Of a stretch of DNA of 64,000 bases, positions 49,642-64,000 are shown piece by piece (positions within the stretch are counted from its first letter, which is position 1; every line of letters starts with the position of its first letter). Position numbers and translations under genes: made by a program. The notes below the pieces were generated by a model. It worked only from the letters and a program-made list of their open reading frames with translations, was not told the DNA's origin and ran no database searches. Source of the DNA: Azolla caroliniana (Eukaryota; Plantae; Polypodiophyta); assembly GCA_043228905.1 (NCBI GenBank), contig JBHGNT010000009.1, positions 5,270,001 through 5,334,000 on the forward strand, in the 5' to 3' direction.

Positions 49642-50940
49642 CATAATGTTGACCATCCACTTATAATGTTTATTGTTTGTTTGTGTGTGTGTGTTAGATG
49701 TAACCCATATTTGTGGTGCACACTAGAATGCATTTTGTAGATTTCACACATTTCTATGTAATATGCTATATCCTTGTACATTATTGGTCATTGATACTTC
49801 TTTAACTTGGAGAATAACAACCATATTCCTTTATGCTCGTCTCATAAGCTATCTTGGAATTCAGCAATCAATATAATTTGTTCTTCTTTTTTGCACACCA
49901 TCCTAGGTGGGGCTCCTACCCTTTTCTTGGAGTGCCCCCATAGGTGCCCTTTGCACAAAGAGATTTTGCAAACTTTCTAACAATTTAGTGGCGATCTTCT
50001 TTCAAGTATATATTGTAATCTTAATATAATTGAGCGAGTTCATTTGCATGAGGGTTTATTTTTAGTAACATGTTGGTCTTCGAAATTTGTGTGCTAGCTT
50101 ATGTTAGGTATCTCATTCAAGTTATCAAAATTGATGACGACTACCCCAAACTTTCCAACTGAGACCATTTTCAATTTCCCACAAAAACACATTCCGAATT
50201 AATGTATCAAAATTATCCCGCAAATTTGGCACAATCCAATTCATTTATACTTACCCGCTAGGTGTAAGCCATGTCGTTGATGGCAAGCTTGCTTTGTTAT
50301 GAATGAAGTTAGGTGATGTCAACTTTTTCTAAAAAGCTATGTATTTAATTGTGGCCAATGACTCATGAGGGAGCTTTACTAACACTTTGGAGGGGAGATG
50401 ATTGGGGTCATGGGTGTCCGTAGCTTCACCCTACCATCTAATATATAGCCCTTGAGATGACTAAAACTTTTTACACTAATTATAGTCCCTAATCCCAACC
50501 ATCTAGGTTAGGATATACATTGAGCCTTTACCTCATATTATACCCTTCTACATGTCCCCACATCTACACAAAGACTCGGCTATAAGGTTTATGATTGAGC
50601 TTGTCATCACAAAATATTCCATCCATGCCCACAACAATATATTTTAAGTGGAAAAGGATCCGAAGAAAATATTGTGAGTTGGTTCATTTGTCTTTCTTGA
50701 AGACAATGTTTAAGCATTCACATCACCCCTTTGTGCTATAACATATTCTTAAGCATAATTTCCTCCTCGTAAAGAAATAGTTATATTCTCATTGATAATG
50801 GTCTCTAATAATGTGTAACACTTATGATGAAATGATGGGGATTTCATACTGAGGTGATCCCACTTTAAAGTACATAATGATAACATGTAGTCAACATATA
50901 TAAACATATTTGCTTATAATAAGTAAGCAATCAACATAGC

Positions 50941-51603
50941 GTGGGAACCTTAGCTCTCATAATTGTGTAGCGTGCCCAAATGCAATAGAATCAATCCGAC
51001 ACACACTATGGGACTGTCTAGAGACCCACCGAATATGGTGGGGGGTTGGCCGCCTATTGCAATTATGTCAGGTGCAAGACACAATCAAGCGGGGAAATGT
51101 ATGTTGGTTATCAAGGTAGGGCCTAGTTTACAGGTGCGAGCATCGGGAAGGGGGGATGACTTTGGTGATAAAAGCAAAATAGGTTTTTTTTTCCCACCAT
51201 CGGCAATATCCACTCAACTCCTATTAATGTCAAATCTCAAGTTGTGTTGGAATTGGTCAACCCCATAACTCTTTGGACTCTATATGGAAACAACAATGTA
51301 GACGAGTCTTCTCCAACCAAACCGCGCATCCAATAATGTTAATGCAAGAGATGTGGAGCGAAGTTGTAGCCACTCTAAAGAGCCAATACAATGGCCTCAA
51401 GGGCGGCTCCAATGGAGTTGAAAGACAACGACTAGCCTTCATCCAAAATTAGTCATCCTCTCCCTTTCTTGAGTTAGTGTGCATCCACATAAGATGGAAC
51501 TATTGTGTCCCTATAGGAATTCGTATATGTATAACACTCTCATCTGTAAGATTTTATAACTAATGGAAGGAGTTTTTTTTTGAAAAAAACGAAAAGAAAA
51601 AAA
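50941..51603 (+). mobile_element. 5'-truncated L1 3' fragment with an A-rich tail, same family as 6295-13105
   Basis: Collinear with 6982-7463 joined to 12952-13105. It carries the uninterrupted site ggagttgAAAGAcaacgactagcc at 51414-51437. Confidence 0.9.
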
Positions 51604-51697
51604 GTCGCCACTATTACCAACAAATATGAATTTCACAATGTTGTTATTGTGCCAACACAAAAATGCACACATCAAACTTCAATTTAGGTTAGCCAAA

Positions 51698-51732
<35 letters not shown>

Positions 51733-53500
51733 GAAGTCAAAATAGTTAACGGTCTTATTGGCCATCTATTCAAGATATGAATTGCACATACGGTCAAGTT
51801 AAGGAAATGCGTTGATTTTGTATGTCTTATTGTATGTGCTAGATATTAAGAAAAAGTTTATGTCATTGGGCAACTTGTTGAATGTTCAAATGCACCTGTA
51901 TTTTGGACACCTTGGTTGATAGTTGGAAATTGAACAACTGAATGTTTTTTGTGGATATATGTATATGACATACTAGTTCTAAGGTTGCATAGAACTAATG
52001 CTTCAATGCCAACATATACATGGTATTACAACCCCCAACTAAACAAGATATGAAATCTTAATGTGAAAATATAGTGTTTATATATTATGAGACTTTAATA
52101 AATGGGCAAGTTGCAACCCCACATGTTAAACAACTTTTAGTGACGCCAATTGCATTGGGAATGAAGAAACATTGGTTTTGTTGTACTGAGCACACCATTC
52201 ACAAAGAAACAAGAAACAGATTCGTGATTTTGAATAGAACCAAAAGACAGTTAATAATAGTAGATATTGGTAGTTGCAAACAATAACAAATAGGTTTAAA
52301 CAACTTCTCACAAATAAAATTGACCTATCACCTCACCAACCTATCTATATTGTGGGTTCACAAATTTACATTGTTGTTAAGTGGTTTAAATTTAGTTAAG
52401 GGTAAGTGAAGTCTCGAGCATTGGATTTAATGTTGCATTTGTTTATGTCTCGTAAAGCGGGGGTTTTATCTACATATTACATAGGAGAGAAAACCAACAT
52501 CATTACCAGCCACTATCGATGTCAACATTGATATGAAAAGAGCATCGTATATAGCGTTATGATCTTTACCCTATTTACTATTTCCAAATAGTTAAAATAT
52601 ATCTAAGTTGTGGACGAATCATGAAATAAATGTGGTGGACATCATCTAGAAGGTGTAAATATGTTATTTAAAAAGGGGTAGGATAGGCTATAATGATCAA
52701 TTGACACTCGATCCCAATATTGGGCTTGGAAGAACCGGTAAAAAGTTAGTCAATGTGAATCATATTATACGAAGACGAGTGCCATTAATAATAGATAATT
52801 TCCACGCTCTCTATTAATATGTAGATGGAAGAAGTGCACACTAGAGTTGTCTATACCATTTGTGTTTTAGTAAATTTGTATGGTCAATACCACATTCAAA
52901 TGATCAAGATTCTTATTGTTGAATGTTTACCACAAGGAATTAAACAAATAGATTGACTCCACAAATTTTAATATGACCAAAAAAGAAGAAGAATAAAGCT
53001 ATACATTTGTATGTTTAATCATTCCACTTGACCAAATACATGCCTAGCTCAATATTCCTAATCCACAACTGGTATGATGTAAACAAGCATAATCCACGAA
53101 CTCCTCGAGAAAACACTGCCATGAACAACAGAAGGTGCTTAACATTAATTGCCAAACCTGAACTAACACAACTTAGTGGAATTTTTCTCTATATCACTAT
53201 GCAAACAATGAATTTTGAAAACTCAGGGGATTTTTTTTACAAGAATTATGATCCACCAATCTACACTTGTAGGAACCAAACTTGAGGTTGCTCTTATGAT
53301 ATGATGTCAATAAGATGGATGTCACGTGAATAAGATTAGTATAGGGTACGCACATGTCCAATCATTTGAAAAAAGAAAAACTCGATGGATGTAATGCCAA
53401 ATTAACTGTTTTGAACTTAAAGCTTATAAAGTTGTCACATACAACAAATTCACAAAAGGAAAACACTTAGGAATTGCCACATTGTGTGGGATTGGAAATA

Positions 53501-53924
53501 ACAATCGGCAACGGTTTGGTTTGAACCGAACCGAACTGCGAAACCACGACTTAACGGTTTAAATAGTTTGGTTCGGTTTAGATTTGAGTTTTTTTTTAAG
53601 GTTTGGTTCGGTTTCAACAGGTAGAAATCGTGGTTTAAACGATTTTTTATTTTTAAAATTTTAAAAAATTGTTTTTAATCAATCTTTTCATTTTCATGCC
53701 TTATTCTCACATTTTAGGAAAATCTTTAAAATTTTGAAAATTTAAATAATAGAATATTTTAAATTAAAAAAATTTGACCTAAGTTGAAAACCGAAACTGA
53801 ACCACGAAACTGTAGTTTTTTTTTTTTTAATGGTTTGATTTAACGGTTTCGTAGTTCGGTTCAGTTTAGGTTTCTAAAAATTTAAACGGTTCGGTTTTGA
53901 CCCTCTCGAACCGTTGCCGATTGT
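53501..53924. mobile_element. AACCG-rich MITE (hAT-like)
   Basis: Perfect 16-bp TIR ACAATCGGCAACGGTT / AACCGTTGCCGATTGT. An 8-bp direct repeat TGGAAATA lies at 53493-53500 and 53929-53936, offset by 4 nt on the right. Confidence 0.85.
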
Positions 53925-54179
53925 GAACTGGAAATATACTCAAGTAGGAATAAGCAACAACGAGCCCAAACCGGTTAAGGAAGCTGAGGCCTGAACCACG
54001 AAACCGTTTAAAAAACGGTCTGACGGTTGGGTTCAGGCTTTGAGCCGAGAGCCGTTACCGATTTTCCTACAGGCAGGAGGCTAGCGCTGCAGAATCGATG
54101 GATATGGTGGAAGCGAGCCAAATTTAGAAAAGCGATGGTCGAATCAGAATGAGAAGGGTCTTTACAGAAACGTCGCATC

Positions 54180-54342
54180 CGATTGATTGAGCAGGAACAG
54201 AGGGAGCAGCAGAGATTGATTGAGCAGAGAGACTGATTGAACAGAGACTGATTGAGCAGAGAGACTGATGGAAACAGACACAGACACAGACACAGACACA
54301 GACAGAGAGAGATGAGAGACAGAGAGAATTGATTGATTGATA
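54180..54342. repeat. GATTGA-containing minisatellite plus (GACACA)n upstream of the GSK3 gene
   Basis: gattgattgagcagagagact-type units, about 5 copies. Confidence 0.85.
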
Positions 54343-55698
54343 AAGGGAAAAGGATTCACAGGAACATTGAAGAAAATGGAAAGCCGGTGGTCTGCCAGCT
54401 GTACGGCGACCGGCTGCTGCCGGTTTGACTGCTGACCCCACACAGCCTTGACTCCTTGACCGGAACAGACCCTAAAGACCCCCCAAAAAAAACAAAAAAA
54501 CAGACACATTTTATTCATTTGATTGTTTTACAAATTTCTGGATTCTTCCAATTCCTTTATTTCTATCTCTCTCTCTCTCTTTTTCATTTTTTTTTTTTCC
54601 TGATGTAAATTGTTTTGACAGCTGATGTTAATTGTTTGTTCGTTTATGAGACCAAAGTAATTAATTTGTGCTTTTTTTCTTGGATTTCCTTTTGCTTCCT
54701 CTGTCCAGACTCAAGAGTAAAAAACAACAAAAAAAAAAAACAGAAAAATTCAATAAATAAATTGTTTTTAAATTATAAAATTTATTATTATTATTATTTG
54801 ATTTCCATTTTGCTGCTTTTGCTTTTTAATGTGTTCTTTCTTTTTTCTTAATCCCAAATCAGAAGAGAAATTTATTGAGAGAAAAACCAACAAATTTAGG
54901 CAGAAAAGGCAATATATAATAAAATGTATTCATTTTTCTAAAAATGTTTTCTTTACTTACACTTACGATGTGAGAGTGGATCAAACAAATCTCTAAAGCC
55001 TCTTAACGAAAAAGCAAAGATTAAAAAAAGAAAAAATCAAACAAAACTTGGGTTTTCTTCTTTTGGGGGGTTTTTGGAAGGAAAGCATTAATTGCTAACC
55101 AAACAAAAAGCATCAGGGATTTTAAAGAGCAAAAAGCAAATTCTTGCCTGAAATCTGCAACTCATTTTATTTTATCTGCCTGTAATTTGCAAATTGGGTT
55201 TTTCTGTTGATTTGGGCTTTTGCTTTTCTTTTTTCATTTCTCTATAAATTTCCTTTAAATCCTCTCTGTATATCATCAATCAATCAATCAATCAATCAAA
55301 TCAATCGATCCATCCACTCAGAGAAACACAAAAAAGACAGAAATTTTTGAACCTCCTCTTACTCCTCCTACTTATCATCATCATCATCATCATCATCCAA
55401 TTCATCTCCTTCTGACCTCTTGATCTTTCATGCCCAAACTTCTCCCGTCGATTTCATGATCATGATGATTAATGGCAAGGAATTAATCCCAAGCTCTGCC
55501 TGTAAATTACACAGTTTTCTTTCCCTCTCTGATTTCCTCTTCTGTCTTTCTTCTTCGCAATGTAGATTTCTGGGCTCACTTCCTCTGCAGTTTTCTTGAA
55601 CAGTTTTACCAAAAATGATTCAGCCTTAGATTCACCCCTGTTTTTAGTTATCGAAATAACACTCTCTGTCCCTGAGCTTCTTCTTCAACAACAAAAAG

Positions 55699-55768
55699 AG
55701 AAAGAAAAGAAAAGAAAAGAAAAGAAAAGAAAAGAAAAGAAAAGAAAAGAAAAGAAAAGAAAAGAAAA
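55699..55768. repeat. (AAAAG)n microsatellite in the GSK3 leader region
   Basis: Directly visible. Confidence 0.95.
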
Positions 55769-55899
55769 TCCCCTGCTGAATCGAAAGATTCCCCTGTTTT
55801 TTGTTTCCCCTCTTCAACAAGAGAAGGCAGGCTATATAGTGAATGGATGAAAATCTCAGCCACCGCAATTTTTATCTGTAAGAAAGGCAGTCTGCAAAA

Positions 55900-60770
<4,871 letters not shown>

Positions 60771-62454
60771 TTTAGGTTGGAAAAATTAATATTCTTCTTC
60801 TTCTTCTTCTTCATGATGGTGTATAATCATTGATGTGTGGTTTATGATTGAGCAAAGTAAATCACTACTTATGCTATGTCATTCTAACAGCTGTTGGAGA
60901 GAAGCATGCCCCTATTGTATATTTTCTAACACCAGAAATTGGACATACCAAAGGGATAGATAGGTTTAAGGTGGATGTCTGATGTATATCTGTTCTATAT
61001 TTAGTAGATTCAGAGAAGTGTAATCCTACATGTTGTAGCAAAAATCTTAGAAAGTCAAATGTTTAGCAATTAAAGGCTTGTTTAAAATCTAGGCTGCATA
61101 TACAACCTTTCAACGGACATCTTAGGAGTATTGATATGGCTAAAATAATTATCATTCCAACCCATGATGTGCGATGATGTGTAGTAGGAAATTTTGGTTG
61201 TACATGGAGTATTCTCTTTTTGTAATGTGGACTTTCGTTTAATATCATGATAATGCTGACTTTTGTATGATATTATGAAACGTTTTTATGTCTGATATTT
61301 CAGATCCAGTCTTACTGTTTTTTATGATTGTCTATGAATTTCCTTGAGACAATGATTTTATCAATTACAAGATCGAGCAGTGTTTGGACAAAATGGGGCA
61401 ATACATCTAACCATGAGGTATTTGGATTAAGCCTCCCACCCATTGAAGCTTCAACAATGAAATAGTAACATTTTTTGCATTTATTGTTAAAGACACAAAT
61501 TCTAAATCATGAAATGGTTATAATTGATATGTTTTGTATTGTTGAGAATTAGCAAAATACAACCTATGTTATGAATATGGCCTACAACCTCACAAGACAA
61601 TAAAGGTTATGTTCAATTTACTTTATAAGGTTTAGGAATTAAGTGATACATTAGATTCATAAGTGGTACTATCTATGATGAAGGTAACATTCCAGATGTT
61701 TTATATCCCTGGGTTAAATGATGCAATTTAATCATTCTGTAAGAGTTTCTATAAGATCATCTAAATCTGAGGATACCATTCCATGTGTTCACATTGATGA
61801 AAATTAAAAGATACAACACATTTAAGAAAAAATGATGTCCTCATTTGTAAGAGCTTCTATGATATTCCTTTTTTTTACATTGATCTGAGGGTGACATTCT
61901 ATGTGTTTTCTTTTATGTTGACTTAAGAAAAAACGTGCACTAAATTTTGTAGAACAGTAAAGCTAATATTCCCATGTGCTTTGTATCAATAGACATTTCA
62001 AAATTCTAACTTAATTTTATTACTTTCAGTTCATTAAACATGAAAATTTTCTACCACAACATGCTTAAGATGAGCAGAATTTCAATACCTAAAAAACAAA
62101 TGTATCAAATATGAGAGGCAAACAAACATAATGTTCCGGATTGGTTGACAGACAAGGTAAGGTGCATGAATAAACAAACCTTTCATCCCAACCCAAACGA
62201 CAGTATCATTGGTGTGGCACATGAAGCAATCAACCTTCCAATAGAAACATCAAGGCTATCATTACGGCAAATGGTGCTGTATTTCATTATATTGTGAGCA
62301 TTTATAACAAAAGCACTACAATGTGGGTTAAACTTTATCCTATTTAGATCCTGTAATTGGATCCAAAGCAAAAAGAGCTTAATCGTGATCAAACTTGATG
62401 CCTCCATGTCAGTTATCATGCAGTATACATTGTCAGTTATCACGTAGTATACTT

Positions 62455-63439
62455 TCATGCTTCAAAAATTTTGTAAAGTGGTGTCATAAGCTGAATGGTT
62501 ATCAGATTCAAGGAAAATGCAGGAATGTCTACATCCATGTTAGTTCGAGCATTTTGAAGAGTTTCCAACTTGGGAACAATCTGAAAGAATAAAAAAAATG
62601 CAATATGGTCTTAAAATGCATAAAAATGTATATCACCATTTCAAAGATGCATCAATCCACTTCTATATGATCCTTCAAGTAGTGACCTGAAAATCGAACA
62701 GGTGGAAAGGAGAGGTATTATTTTTGCACACCTGTTGCTTTTGGTTAAAGCTGTTCTCATCCATGACACTTTTAGACATTAATCTTGTGATTGTTGCTGC
62801 CTCATTGATCTCACCAGAAAGCAATCCATTCATCACAAGATGGATCGTGCTGTTAGATTTTCCAAAATTTACTACCTGAATATTTGATAAAAAGAGTGAT
62901 ATTCGTAAGTCTTGGGTGACTGATTTAGAGAGAAAAAAGGTCCTCAATGTTTTAAAACGCTTAAACTAATACCTTAATGTCTAGATATTCTAAATCATTG
63001 CCATCATCATATCTTCTTATGACCGAAGCCATGATGACATTCAATGCGCTTTCTTCCACTGTTATCAAAGATGGAACCAAAGTTGCCCCACTTGAATCTC
63101 TGAAAAACATCTGAATCCAATAGCTTGGTGTGCCATAGCTTTGCCAGGAATCGAAAACAATGGCATCAGGATTCCATCTGTAATACAAAAAATAAGAAAA
63201 TTTGACAATTTTATGTTGCTTATAATATTACAAATTGTAAAGAGATGATATGAGGATATACATACACACACACACACACACACATAATATGCATATGCAT
63301 ATGTACGTGTGTCTGTGTGTATATCTATAGAGAGATAGATATATAGATAACTTTATCACTAGATAGTAAAGCATCAATTTACCTTCTATCATTATTGTTG
63401 ACAAAGAGTGGTGCATAGCTCGCCATTTCAACCACATCA
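62455..63439 (-). CDS. GH51 alpha-L-arabinofuranosidase (ASD1/ARAF-like), last 4 exons; the 5' part lies outside the window
   Basis: Exons 63439-63383 (DVVEMASYAPLFVNNNDR), 63177-62973 (WNPDAIVFDSWQSYGTPSYW), 62875-62732 (VVNFG...MDENSF) and 62580-62455. GT-AG introns, in frame. Confidence 0.93.
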
Positions 63440-64000
63440 CTATCATATAGAAGAATTATATCATCATTTATGACAAGTACAGCATGTCACATAATGATAT
63501 TCACTGAAATGCTCAGGGATATTTGCTATTAATCAGTAACACTTTCACTTTCAAAACAGACATGTCAAAGTTCCCCCTCATTGGTAATCATTCCATCGAC
63601 ACAAGAACTTCGCATTTGGATTTTCTTTTCTCATTTTGTTTTGGGACACTAAATAAATAGGCATGGATGTTGAACTCTATGGATTACAATAGCAAAACCA
63701 CATCTGATGAAAGTTTTTGTAAGAATCAAACAGAATTACATAAAAGAAAAGAAAATAGAGCCATGCATATTTGAGTAGAAGTGAGACTTCAACTGTATAA
63801 TGCATAGCATATATAAAAAGATTTAGAATGTGGATCATGAATGCCCAAGAGCAAATGTACATCACAGAAAACCAAAAACCCAAGCTTCTACTCTTCCATG
63901 GTAATGTGATAAGGCAGAAAGACAAGTTGACAGATTGATACTAAGATTACAACAAAATTAAATTAAAGATAATCTCAGAAGAAATGTAAAAATAAACAAA

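Overview
Eukaryotic, AT-rich land-plant genomic DNA with spliced genes, long (TG)n/(TATG)n/(GA)n tracts and nested transposable elements (TEs). A fern or other seed-free vascular plant is my inference, not something the sequence proves. Bases 1-22.7 kb are a stack of TEs. (1) The 5' part of an L1 LINE, with intact ORF1 abutting ORF2 as TAA-ATG. (2) An unclassified microsatellite-rich segment carrying a small spliced ORF. (3) A 5'-truncated L1 interrupted by a full-length Ty1/copia element with both LTRs, PBS, PPT and an AAAGA target-site duplication (TSD). (4) A decayed non-L1 (RTE-X/L2-like) LINE. (5) A ~4.1-kb DNA transposon with ~170-bp terminal inverted repeats (TIRs), a decayed Sola-like DDD transposase and an internal solo LTR. 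(6) A gypsy gag remnant. Bases 23-64 kb are gene-rich: a mitochondrial CoA-carrier-like gene, a MiAMP1-type antimicrobial peptide, an inverted small-HSP gene/pseudogene pair, VPS38/UVRAG, a clade III GSK3/shaggy kinase and the 3' end of a GH51 arabinofuranosidase, plus a Mutator-type element and AACCG-type MITEs. The best candidates for something undescribed are the Sola-like TIR transposon and its putative reader domain, the microsatellite-intron ORF element, the extra domain on L1 ORF1 and the repeat-built VPS38 N-terminus. All family names come from motif recognition by eye; no database search was run.
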